From Pseudomonadota bacterium (GTDB lineage: Bacteria; Pseudomonadota; Alphaproteobacteria; RF32; CAG-239): a stretch of DNA of 64,000 bases. This document shows positions 10,143-18,773 of this stretch, in pieces. Both the position numbers and the translations under genes were made by a program. The DNA lies in contig CAKJXZ020000003.1 of the NCBI GenBank assembly GCA_918234285.1, forward strand, positions 1 to 64,000, read 5' to 3'. The stretch's first letter is position 1, and the number at the start of each line of letters is the position of its first letter. Below the pieces are notes generated by a model. It ran no database searches. It saw nothing but the letters and a program-made list of their open reading frames with translations, and was not told the origin of the DNA.

Positions 10143-12026
10143 TTATAAATATGGGTCTTCTGCTTTGATAACATCGGGCTTAAATGCTCGAATAGGTTTC
10201 TTTTTCGCCGGAATAGTAACCGTTTCGGATTTTTCGGAAATGAGTGCTTTTTCAAGATTTTTCCATTTTGTTTCCGAAAACTGTTCTATTCCGTAGCTAA
10301 TGCTTGCGGCGCGTGCATAAATCCGGCAGTCTAACGCCTCGTTACGTTCACGCGTTTTTTGCCATTCTCGTTTTTGATAACCGCGGACAACTTTGGTAAC
10401 GAGCTGTTCGGCGGTTAACTGCTTAAAATACTCGCTGTCGTATTTCGGAAAATGGCAATATCCGGCAGGATAACTTTCGTCTTCATTACGAGTAAGCCTT
10501 AAATACTGGTAAAGCTCCGATTTAAGAATTGACGTTCCCACCGCCCAAACTTTCGCGCCACGACGCATTTTTTTGCCGTTGATATTAAGGTCAACTCTTG
10601 TCGGCAAACCCAACGGCGTAACGCCGCTGTCTGTTCCTTTAACCGCCATCGCAAAATTGAGCGGCTGCTTGCGTACCCAGTCATAAACTTGTTGCGTGGC
10701 AAAACCGCTATCTATCGCAAATCTTGAAATCGGCAACATTATGCCGGAGCTATGCTCGAAATAACGGTGCGCGAATTCTGTCAGCTCATTCCATACGCTA
10801 TCTCGGGCAGTATCGCCGTTAATAATGAAATAGCCAACAGACCAGCTTTCTTTATTTCTGCCCCAAGCAACGACTTCGCATTCTATACGGTCTTTTTGAA
10901 CGTCGGCACCAGCGGTTAAGAATAAGCCACCGCTCGGAATAATCTCTTGCGGATAATCTTCGCGGCGGTCAAATAGAATTTGCCACTCCGGAGCTTCGCC
11001 TTTTTCAAGCCACGTTTCGCCCAAAACCGTATTTACCCAAACTTTCAAAAGATTGTCTTTTTTATTCGCATCTAAAAATTGTTTGACGGCATCCGACCAA
11101 GAAAACCAACCGACAGGCGAATATAAAGACGATAAATGAAAGCCGGCGACATTACTTTCGGGATTAAACCTCTGCCATTCGCCATTTTCTAACATCCACG
11201 TTTTATAATGTTCTTCAATAATACCACCGCAAAACTCGCAAATATAAACGGCAGTTTTAGGGTCATTGTTTTCCCAATGAATCTGCTTCCATTTAAGCAC
11301 TTGCTTATTTTTGCAATGCGGACACGGCACAATATAGTGTCGCTGATCCGAGAGGTTAAATTCGTATTCAATTCGGCTAACGCCTTGAACGGTAGGTGTT
11401 GATACCATAAAAATTTTACGGCGGTTAAATGTGCTTGTACGCTTAATCGCCAAATTGACAGGGTCGCCTTCGCCCTCGACATCGCCTTTATACGCGTCTA
11501 TTTCATCAAGAAAAATATATCTAACCGGCATTGAACGCAGGCCAATCGCCGAATTTGCACCGGTTAAAACCAACACGCCGCCTTGAAATTCTTTCATTAA
11601 CGTAGTGTTGCTGGCATCTTTTGAGCGGCGCGTGCTGATTAAGCCATTTATTTCTGGTATTGCCGCAAACATCGGGTCTATTCGCGTTTTAGAAGTTCTT
11701 TTTGCACCGTCCACCGTTGGCATAACCATCATAATGGGGCCGGGGGATAGATGCACAATATAACCTAAAAAATTATTGCCGACTTCTGTTCCGCCAACTT
11801 GCGCGCCTTTCATAAACACGACTTTTTCAATACCCGAATACGGCGACAAACAATCCATAATCTCTTTCAAATACGGCGTTCTACTTGTGCGCCATTTTCC
11901 CGGCTCCGCTGAGGCTTTTTGCGATAAAATGCGGTATTTATCCGCCCATTCGGATATATTCATTAACGGCTCGGGCTTTAAGCCGGCATTAAATCCGTCG
12001 TTATAAATGATAAAAGCATCAGCCAC
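10143..12026 (-). CDS. Terminase large subunit (lambda GpA family)
   Basis: KGAQVGGTE Walker A, FLDEIDAY Walker B, STPT, CPHC, and RNEALDC nuclease motif. Confidence 0.96.
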   Translation of the reverse strand: MADAFIIYNDGFNAGLKPEPLMNISEWADKYRILSQKASAEPGKWRTSRTPYLKEIMDCLSPYSGIEKVVFMKGAQVGGTEVGNNFLGYIVHLSPGPIMMVMPTVDGAKRTSKTRIDPMFAAIPEINGLISTRRSKDASNTTLMKEFQGGVLVLTGANSAIGLRSMPVRYIFLDEIDAYKGDVEGEGDPVNLAIKRTSTFNRRKIFMVSTPTVQGVSRIEYEFNLSDQRHYIVPCPHCKNKQVLKWKQIHWENNDPKTAVYICEFCGGIIEEHYKTWMLENGEWQRFNPESNVAGFHLSSLYSPVGWFSWSDAVKQFLDANKKDNLLKVWVNTVLGETWLEKGEAPEWQILFDRREDYPQEIIPSGGLFLTAGADVQKDRIECEVVAWGRNKESWSVGYFIINGDTARDSVWNELTEFAHRYFEHSSGIMLPISRFAIDSGFATQQVYDWVRKQPLNFAMAVKGTDSGVTPLGLPTRVDLNINGKKMRRGAKVWAVGTSILKSELYQYLRLTRNEDESYPAGYCHFPKYDSEYFKQLTAEQLVTKVVRGYQKREWQKTRERNEALDCRIYARAASISYGIEQFSETKWKNLEKALISEKSETVTIPAKKKPIRAFKPDVIKAEDPYL

Positions 12027-12489
12027 TTTCTAAAATTTCCTCAATAATCTGCCTTATCTCTTTTGTTAAAATTTCGTGTATGCGGTTTGTATCGGTTTCT
12101 TTTGCCAACATTGAGGCCACACGGTCTGGAATATTCAAGAGGGCATCACGCACCATTCTGCCTTTATTAAAGGCGGCAATCCTCACACCGTCTGCCGAAA
12201 CAAGCGTTTTTTCCGCTTCCTTATTTTTAATTTCTAAGTATTTGACTTTTTCAAGCTCGCTTTTAATGCGTGTCTTTAACAACACCGTAGAGAGATTGTT
12301 TAAGTCTGCAAGATTATCGTTTTTGCTTGATTTCATAGGTTGCCGAATTGCCGCAATCGCCAAATCAGCTTCTTCCTCGTTTACCTTTCCGTTATGCAGT
12401 TTTATCGTTCCATTATTGACGAGCTTATTTACATATTGTCGGGTGTAATTATGTTTTCGCCCCCATTCTGCTTGCGTTATAAATGCCAT
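12019..12489 (-). CDS. Terminase small subunit (Nu1-like)
   Basis: N-terminal HTH, C-terminal RDALLNIPDR; overlaps the TerL start. Confidence 0.8.
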   Translation of the reverse strand: MAFITQAEWGRKHNYTRQYVNKLVNNGTIKLHNGKVNEEEADLAIAAIRQPMKSSKNDNLADLNNLSTVLLKTRIKSELEKVKYLEIKNKEAEKTLVSADGVRIAAFNKGRMVRDALLNIPDRVASMLAKETDTNRIHEILTKEIRQIIEEILESG

Positions 12490-12528
12490 AATTTACTAAA
12501 CTTCTTTGTGGTTTCATTAGAAAAAACA

Positions 12529-12556
12529 TTGCAATCCTATGTGGTTATATTATAAT
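12529..12556 (+). promoter_or_regulatory. Sigma70-type promoter for antisense moron
   Basis: TTGCAA-16 bp-TATAAT, 6 nt before ATG 12563. Confidence 0.6.
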
Positions 12557-12562
12557 GTAAGT

Positions 12563-13018
12563 ATGAAAATTAAATATGTTACAAACCGCCAAAAAGTTAC
12601 CGGATTTAAGTATTTCTGGATGAAATATGTAAACGGTTTTGATGCTTCCGTTCATTGTGCGCGATGCCTGCTTGGTCATTACTCTCAAAAAGTCGGGTTA
12701 CAAATGCCGGTTAATACCGAAATTACGATTGACGAGTTTGATGATTATAAATGTATCTACCTTTGCGGCGTTATCGGTTATGTAAATAATCTTCATGTTG
12801 CCTTTGTTCCGAGCGATAATGAAGAAGACATCATTACCGCCGAAACATATTTAGGCGACAAAGTTATCATAACCGGCGCAAAACGGCTGCCAATTCCACC
12901 GCTTCCAAACGGATATAATGGCTTGCCGTTAGCTTATACTTCTTGCCGTAATTATCAATTCGGCGTGAGTTTTTTTGAGCCGGAGCAATCGCAAACCGAT
13001 TTATTTTCCCTTAGCTAA
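12563..13018 (+). CDS. Hypothetical Cys/His-containing moron protein (151 aa)
   Basis: Only convincing plus-strand ORF in the prophage. HCARC, YLCG, NLH and SCRNY motifs; own promoter. Confidence 0.75.
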   Translation: MKIKYVTNRQKVTGFKYFWMKYVNGFDASVHCARCLLGHYSQKVGLQMPVNTEITIDEFDDYKCIYLCGVIGYVNNLHVAFVPSDNEEDIITAETYLGDKVIITGAKRLPIPPLPNGYNGLPLAYTSCRNYQFGVSFFEPEQSQTDLFSLS

Positions 13019-14398
13019 CGCTATTTTATAGGCTTTTATCACATCGGCACTTCTGCCTATCGGCTTGCCGTTAGGGTGGAGCATTTCAAATTCGCGAATG
13101 ATTGATTGTTCGACATCTTCAATCGGTAGCTCAACGCTTTTTATGCCGGACATACACCAAACACCCGGATTGTGCCGCTCTAAAATAGCGTCATCACTGA
13201 TAAAACGCTTACCAAGAGCTATTGCCTCGCGTTGTCGGTGGAATTTTTGATAAAACCAATGGCCTTTACGAAACAATGCCGAAAATCCGTTATCATCAAG
13301 AAACTCAATATATCGGTGCGACTTTGCCTCGCCGGCGTAGGTTGTTCTATCCTGCAAATCAATCTTTTCGCGAGCGCGACCGGAAAAATAAATCTTTCCG
13401 CCCAAATGACACATCGCATTTACAAACGTCAACACATCATTTTCTGCCGTCATACTGTCAACAGAGTTAAGTACATAGTCGCAAATCACAATGTCAAACA
13501 AGCCTTTTGTTTCCAACTGTTCGCAAAGATTATCAATCATTTTATGAACCGTTGTCGCGTCAATAAAGTTGCCGCTCCGGTAGAAAAGTTCCACACCATG
13601 AATATCATAACCGATTTTACTTAACTTCCGGACATAATCGGCTTGTCCGCAACCAAAATCAAGAATACGTTCGCCTTGTTTATAATTCGGCATTAAGCTC
13701 TTTTCATAAGTAGGCGAGGCATTAAACGGTTTTTCTTCTTCCTCATCATGGCGCAACCGGAATTTTTGAGCGAATGTCTGAATAAACGTCGTCTTTGTAA
13801 GATGTTCGTAAGAAAATTTACCATACTTTTTATTGAGAAATTCTGCGGCTATCTTGGTTTTATCATTCGGAATACGATAAACTCTTGCCGGAATACCCAT
13901 CGCTTTACAAGCCAAAACATATTGTCCGGCGTGAATAACTTTTCCCTCTTGATTTGCAACGCACGCGCCCCAGTTACCGTATTTGATAATCAGCTTGCAT
14001 ATTTCATTACGGACATTTGCCATTCTTGCACGCATATTGCCCCGTAATTTAAGCGGATTAACCATTTCATAGCCGAGTTTATCGCTCCTGCCAACCCAAG
14101 CTCTTTCGTCGCCGCTGTCAAAATCCGTACCGTTGTGCAACTGGTTAAATCGGATTTCGTCTGTTTGGTTAATATCCGGCGGTAATAAATAAACCGGAGC
14201 TTTATCAATACCGGCGGCAAGCAAAGCCTTTGTTCTTTGGTGTCCGGCAACAATTAAATTACCGGATACGATTATCGGCTTAACTATTCCAAGCGTTTTG
14301 ATTGATTCTCGAAGCGTATTTAACGATTCTTCGTCAATCTCTCTCGGGTTGTAATCCGCGCCCACTAAGTCTTTAAGAGGATAATCAAACTCTAACAT
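13001..14398 (-). CDS. ParB/Srx domain fused to class I SAM methyltransferase
   Basis: YNPR..AGHQR ParB motifs; ILDFGCG SAM motif and CDYVLNSV. Confidence 0.85.
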   Translation of the reverse strand: MLEFDYPLKDLVGADYNPREIDEESLNTLRESIKTLGIVKPIIVSGNLIVAGHQRTKALLAAGIDKAPVYLLPPDINQTDEIRFNQLHNGTDFDSGDERAWVGRSDKLGYEMVNPLKLRGNMRARMANVRNEICKLIIKYGNWGACVANQEGKVIHAGQYVLACKAMGIPARVYRIPNDKTKIAAEFLNKKYGKFSYEHLTKTTFIQTFAQKFRLRHDEEEEKPFNASPTYEKSLMPNYKQGERILDFGCGQADYVRKLSKIGYDIHGVELFYRSGNFIDATTVHKMIDNLCEQLETKGLFDIVICDYVLNSVDSMTAENDVLTFVNAMCHLGGKIYFSGRAREKIDLQDRTTYAGEAKSHRYIEFLDDNGFSALFRKGHWFYQKFHRQREAIALGKRFISDDAILERHNPGVWCMSGIKSVELPIEDVEQSIIREFEMLHPNGKPIGRSADVIKAYKIALAKGK

Positions 14399-15018
14399 TG
14401 CTTTAATAAAACCTTTGCGACAAATCCATAACGAACGCCGTTTTCCTTAACGAAAGTTTCGTAAGCGTCGGCTAAACCTTGATATTCTTCTTCCGAGATG
14501 TGAATTTTATAACTTCCGAAAGATAAAAATTTGTTGGTTTGAGCTTTTTCTTCCTTTTCGCCCTCTAAGGGGTCTAACAGCTCATTGTCGGCATCAAGAT
14601 TTAAGGTTTCTTTTAAGAAGTCATCATCAAAACCGGTAATTTCCAAATCAAGCCCGTCATCCATGATAAACTTTAATTGCTCCGACAATTTTTCCAAATC
14701 CCAGTCGGCATTGAGCGCGATTTGATTTTCAGAAATACAAAGCCGCGCTTTTTGTGACGGCGTTAAGCCGCGAATAATCATAACCGGAACTTCTTCAACA
14801 CCCAGCAATTCGCCGGCCGCTTTTCTGCCGTGTCCTGCCAAAATCATATCGTCTTCATCAATAAGCATCGGCGCAGTCCAGCCGTTTTCCATCATAGAAT
14901 TAGCGATTTGCATAATCTGTTCTTTATTATGCGTACGCGCGTTGCCGTCATATTCTTTCAAGTCCGCTAACTTCCGGCGGCTATATTCAAGATTTGTGTT
15001 TACTTCAACTTTATCCAT
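14392..15018 (-). CDS. ParB/Srx N-terminal domain protein
   Basis: NARTH..QIANS..GW..P, ILAGHGR, WD..L motifs. Confidence 0.87.
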   Translation of the reverse strand: MDKVEVNTNLEYSRRKLADLKEYDGNARTHNKEQIMQIANSMMENGWTAPMLIDEDDMILAGHGRKAAGELLGVEEVPVMIIRGLTPSQKARLCISENQIALNADWDLEKLSEQLKFIMDDGLDLEITGFDDDFLKETLNLDADNELLDPLEGEKEEKAQTNKFLSFGSYKIHISEEEYQGLADAYETFVKENGVRYGFVAKVLLKQC

Positions 15019-15247
15019 TGGTTTACATTCCTTTTTATAATGAAAACGGCGGAATTCCTAAGAAAACCGCCGAAATTGTCAACTAAATCAGAGAAAAATC
15101 TGAAAAAAATTATCTATTTGAAATTGCATAATAATTATCGAGAGATAAATTTCATAAATATTCTGGAATCCCCTGAAAACACAAACAAAAGGAGTAGAAA
15201 TGTCAACTGTGTCAACCAAAATTTTCGGGGTATCGGCTAAAAATGCG

Positions 15248-15292
15248 CCGCACTTGAGCCACCCCTATAGGGTTTTTCTTTCAGAAGGACCC
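15248..15292 (-). other. Putative cos site (cosQ plus cosN-like)
   Basis: Minus strand reads GGGTCCT (identical to lambda cosQ), 21 nt, then GGGTGGCTCAAG-TGCGG, compared with lambda GGGCGGCGACCT-CGCGG. Confidence 0.65.
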
Positions 15293-15478
15293 AGAATATT
15301 TATTTCGCCTTAAGAGGCAATAAAAAACGAGAAAAAGTGCCTGCCGACACCTTTTCTCATCTTAATAAAAATATATGCAAAAAAACGCGAAAATGTCCAT
15401 AAAAAGTTTTGCTACATCAGCTCTAATACGTTTTTTATAGTTCAAGACATCTCTATACAAACGTTGTTTGTGCAAATT

Positions 15479-15853
15479 TTATACGTCGCCAATCACTTCA
15501 CTCAAATAGTCAAGCGCACCATTAAGTTTTTCATTTGCACCACTACGACATAAGCCAAGACTAATACAAACTTCACGCCATGGTTTACGATTGGCGCGCA
15601 TCCATATCAATTTACGCTCTATTTCCGTAAGCAAAACAATCCAGTTCAAAACTTCATCTAATCGTGAGAGCTGTTCCGGTGTAGGCAGTATCTTTAATGG
15701 TTTTCTGTCTTGTTGTAATATTTCAAGCTCGGTTAAAATGAATTCAGGCCAAGCGGTTCTATATCCTGCTGGCATTACCGGTGGTAATCGTTTTGCAACA
15801 TATACAGCTTCCTCAAAGCGTTCCATAATGTCTTGTCGCGACAATTTAGTCAT
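15479..15853 (-). CDS. Phage putative late regulator (DUF6362-like)
   Basis: RFEEA..RLP..WP..LSRLDEVL.W..LIW.RA..PW pattern with C-terminal HTH-like region. Confidence 0.6.
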   Translation of the reverse strand: MTKLSRQDIMERFEEAVYVAKRLPPVMPAGYRTAWPEFILTELEILQQDRKPLKILPTPEQLSRLDEVLNWIVLLTEIERKLIWMRANRKPWREVCISLGLCRSGANEKLNGALDYLSEVIGDV

Positions 15854-16433
15854 GACTCCGCTCCTTAGAAATCTTATCTAAAATTTTATCAAAATTATTG
15901 AACAGCCCGAGTTCCATCGCTTTACGATATTTTTTGCCTTGCATAAGCGGCCAATCGTTTTTGTATTTTGCCTCTAAGTTCTTATATTCCTCAATACCCA
16001 TTACATCTTTAAGCATAACAGATAAGACATAATCTGCGGCGTATTTGTAATCTGTGATAATATGAACGCAACAATTATTCTCAATATCACGTTGCATCAG
16101 CTCGTGTTCAATGCAAAAATAACGGTATTTGCCAGTATCTTGCTTTTGAGCTTGTTCGCATTCTTTTTCTTGGTCGCTCAACTCTGCCAAAAGGTGTGCC
16201 AGTTTAGGAAATGTCGCGACTTTTTTGTATTTGAAAAGGTTATAGCACGCTTGGCGCAACTGAACTTCCGAATAACTACCCAGCTCGGTAATCCATTGTT
16301 CGATGATTTTTTCGGGTTCTTGTCCGTCTTTTGGTTTTCTAAGCCATGTCGGCTCGCCATATAAATCGTATAAAATCTCGAAAACACAATTCATCACTTT
16401 ATGCTTGCGATTTAGATAATCCATTACAGACAT
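15846..16433 (-). CDS. Phage replication accessory protein (helicase loader/inhibitor-like)
   Basis: Follows the initiator; W..EL..Y....A......FP.LA pattern. Confidence 0.5.
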   Translation of the reverse strand: MSVMDYLNRKHKVMNCVFEILYDLYGEPTWLRKPKDGQEPEKIIEQWITELGSYSEVQLRQACYNLFKYKKVATFPKLAHLLAELSDQEKECEQAQKQDTGKYRYFCIEHELMQRDIENNCCVHIITDYKYAADYVLSVMLKDVMGIEEYKNLEAKYKNDWPLMQGKKYRKAMELGLFNNFDKILDKISKERSHD

Positions 16434-16969
16434 TACTCAATTCCTTTGGATTTAAGCAATTCCGCAAAGCTCCTGCCATTTTTTTGAGGTTCGTCTTTTG
16501 ATAAAATATCCGAATGAAGTGAGGATATTTTATTTTTTAAACAATTCTTATTTTCTTGAGTCGTGGCTACTGCTTGGACTCTTGACTGGCTTTTCGTTGG
16601 ACTTTTGTCGGACATTTTGCTTGTCATTGGTTGGACTTTTTGCTGGACATTTTCAACTGGCTTTTCTTGGAATAGGTCATATTTTCCTATGGTTATGAGC
16701 GAATATTGGTTGGTCGTTTGCGTGGTTATTACGCCGGACATTTTGAGTTTATCTAAAGATGTTCTTATCTGGCGTTCCGAGAGTCTTAATGCTTGCGCTA
16801 ATTCTTGTCTGCCGGTTACGAGTTGCCCGCGCTTGACATTGACATTACGCCACCGCTTGTCCTCATAATTTGCCGTTAAAAGCAAGTGCATGAACAAGCG
16901 AAAGGTATTAGCATCGCTATACCATTCCCATTCCGTGATACGTCTATGAATTTTTATCCAGCCACTCAT
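16433..16969 (-). CDS. Phage replication initiator/replisome organiser
   Basis: GWIKIHR..W.W...F.LF.HLLL.AN..RGQ winged-helix N-terminus; internal iteron-like repeats. Confidence 0.8.
   Translation of the reverse strand: MSGWIKIHRRITEWEWYSDANTFRLFMHLLLTANYEDKRWRNVNVKRGQLVTGRQELAQALRLSERQIRTSLDKLKMSGVITTQTTNQYSLITIGKYDLFQEKPVENVQQKVQPMTSKMSDKSPTKSQSRVQAVATTQENKNCLKNKISSLHSDILSKDEPQKNGRSFAELLKSKGIE
16574..16666 (-). repeat. Iteron-like repeats (putative phage ori)
   Basis: About 7 variants of AAAA(T)GTCCA/AAAAGCCAG at roughly 12-bp spacing inside the initiator gene. Confidence 0.55.
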
Positions 16970-16988
16970 TGCAAATCACAGATAACGC

Positions 16989-17213
16989 TTAGTTATTCTC
17001 TAATTTGTTCTCTAACGTGTTTTGAGCTTTATTCTTATTTTCAAACTCAATTATACTATCGAGAGAATAAAGCACCTTGCGCCCAATCTTGATAAATTCC
17101 GGCCCAAAACCATATATACGCCAATGTTCGATTGTGTTGGGGTTGACTTTCCACCGTTGAGACAGCTCTTTCGTAGTTAAATAGCTGTTCGTAGTTGAAT
17201 TTTGATTTTCCAT
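16989..17213 (-). CDS. HTH_17/AlpA-like excisionase or regulator
   Basis: LTTKELSQRW..T...WR..G.GP.F.KIG..V.Y motif. Confidence 0.85.
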   Translation of the reverse strand: MENQNSTTNSYLTTKELSQRWKVNPNTIEHWRIYGFGPEFIKIGRKVLYSLDSIIEFENKNKAQNTLENKLENN

Positions 17214-17424
17214 GATTATTTTTTCCTCATAAAGTTATTGAAAATTACATTCAAACTTTGAGGAATTAAGTCGCAGAATTAAAGTCGGATAGGTCTGAGT
17301 AAAAATCGGACATACTCGGATATTCAACCGACAAAAAGATACTTTCGGCTGTTTTTATCAATAATGTTAATCGGACACTCATCCGACTTATATCATACTT
17401 TAGTTGTATTTAGCTGTGTATAAA

Positions 17425-18108
17425 TTATGTTATCATCAGGCAATAATAGCCTTTTGAACGATATTTTATACGCGACAATATCGGATGCGAGCGAAACAAG
17501 TCTCTCAAATGTTGCGTTCGTGCTCCGCTGTCCATCAACAAATTTTTACCTAATACCCATGGATTATTTGTTGAGGCTGCCTTATACAATTCTTTGATAA
17601 TTTTTGCCTGTAATGGCCCGAAAGTATAAACATCGTGTCCAATCATCAGCATATCGTTGTCGTTATGTGTGGTTAGATTATTTATAGGTTCTGGATTGCT
17701 ATTATCCCACAGAGGCAATTCTGTCTGTATGCAAGACAGCTTATACTTCTGCTCAAAATCTTGTAAATCCTTAAGGAATATAAGCAAATCAACTTTAGTT
17801 ATTATAATATGCTCCGGTTGAACAAGCCTCATTCTTTTAGATTCAGTAGTACTTAGTAGTTCAGAGATAGTCCTTTTGTAATGGCGAAACATTATATGGC
17901 AATCTTCCGGTAATACTTTTACGCAACCGGTAAATTTGCATATATTATTCTCATTATTATTTGCGACAGGGGATAATTTGACTGCACAAACTTTAATGTG
18001 AGCGTTAAGTAAGCCATTTTCAATACAGTATTCAACGTCCTTTACTTTTCTATGCCAGCGAGAAGCCACTTCGATAATAGAAAAGTATTCTTTACTCGGA
18101 AATGTCAT
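17425..18108 (-). CDS. Phage hypothetical DNA-binding protein (putative activator, C-terminal wHTH-like)
   Basis: 227 aa, AT-rich, RBS AGAGG. N-terminal EVASRW HTH-like; C-terminal Q..II..LY.A..PW..LF.SHP..GYY.L. Confidence 0.6.
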   Translation of the reverse strand: MTFPSKEYFSIIEVASRWHRKVKDVEYCIENGLLNAHIKVCAVKLSPVANNNENNICKFTGCVKVLPEDCHIMFRHYKRTISELLSTTESKRMRLVQPEHIIITKVDLLIFLKDLQDFEQKYKLSCIQTELPLWDNSNPEPINNLTTHNDNDMLMIGHDVYTFGPLQAKIIKELYKAASTNNPWVLGKNLLMDSGARTQHLRDLFRSHPILSRIKYRSKGYYCLMIT

Positions 18109-18319
18109 GAAAACCTCTCTTGAAAATTAAGTTAAGGCCTACATTTTAACAAACGATTTTTAATATATGATTACACAAAAACTACCACCTTAAATGGAAA
18201 TTCTTCACTCACTTAAAATCAAAAATAAATATTGTAAAATCATATAGTTATAAAGATTTATAAAAAAATTCACTCACTCAGGAAGAAAAATTGTCGGATT
18301 GAAAAGGGATTTAAAAAAG

Positions 18320-18346
18320 AAAAAAACCTTGATAAATCAAGGCTTT
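18320..18346 (-). terminator. Terminator downstream of tRNA-Thr
   Basis: Minus strand CCTTGAT-TT-ATCAAGG hairpin followed by a T run. Confidence 0.6.
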
Positions 18347-18350
18347 GAAA

Positions 18351-18426
18351 TGGTGCCAACAGAGAGACTCGAACTCCCGACCCACTGATTACAAATCAGT
18401 AGCTCTACCAACTGAGCTATGTTGGC
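18351..18426 (-). tRNA. tRNA-Thr(UGU)
   Basis: 76 nt GCCAACATAGCTCAGTTGGTAGAGCTACTGATTTGTAATCAGTGGGTCGGGAGTTCGAGTCTCTCTGTTGGCACCA; cloverleaf, anticodon TGT, encoded CCA. Confidence 0.96.
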
Positions 18427-18442
18427 ATAGCACCTGCAGACG

Positions 18443-18471
18443 CTTATATAGTATCGTTTTTTTAAAGTCAA
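18443..18471 (-). promoter_or_regulatory. tRNA promoter
   Basis: TTGACT-17 bp-TATAAG with AT-rich upstream DNA. Confidence 0.6.
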
Positions 18472-18722
18472 TATTATTTTAGAAAAATTTTTGTATATTG
18501 TGCATATTTTCTGAATAAATCCAATACATAAGCGTACATTTCAGAACATAAGTCAATTATCCGAGTGAGCGCCGAGTGAGTGAGCAAGAAACAGTTGACG
18601 ACTCCACGGATAATTTTAAAACAGGTTGACAATTAGCAAAATCTCTTGTAACCTTTTAGCGGTAAAGAAAAAAACATTTAAATACAGGTGCTTAAAAGAC
18701 AGGGGATTCAAGTGCTTGGCAA

Positions 18723-18769
18723 GATTTGTAATCAGTGGGTCGGGAGTTCGAGTCTCTCTGTCGGCACCA
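18723..18769 (+). repeat. 3' half of tRNA-Thr (att core-like), inverted relative to the intact tRNA
   Basis: 46/47 identical to the reverse complement of 18351-18397; starts at the anticodon stem-loop. Confidence 0.9.
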
Positions 18770-18773
18770 ATAT

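Larger units (their letters stand above)
1..18769 (-). mobile_element. Lambda-like siphovirus prophage, right arm (continues beyond left window edge)
   Basis: Contiguous minus-strand terminase-gpW-portal-S49-decoration-capsid-tail-TMP gene order, with replication genes and att-like tRNA-Thr sequence at the right end. The right boundary is either 18351 or 18769 (see findings). Confidence 0.95.

Noticed and set aside
1-18108. Gene transfer agent
   Set aside because: Has replication genes, a cos-like site, a lambda GpA terminase, a long TMP and att-like sites, unlike RcGTA-type clusters.
18534-18547. LexA box at the prophage end
   Set aside because: GTAC-N6-GAAC has the wrong spacing and a mismatch versus GAAC-N7-GAAC.
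18723-18769. Second functional tRNA gene
   Set aside because: No 5' acceptor strand or D-arm upstream; only the 3' half is present.
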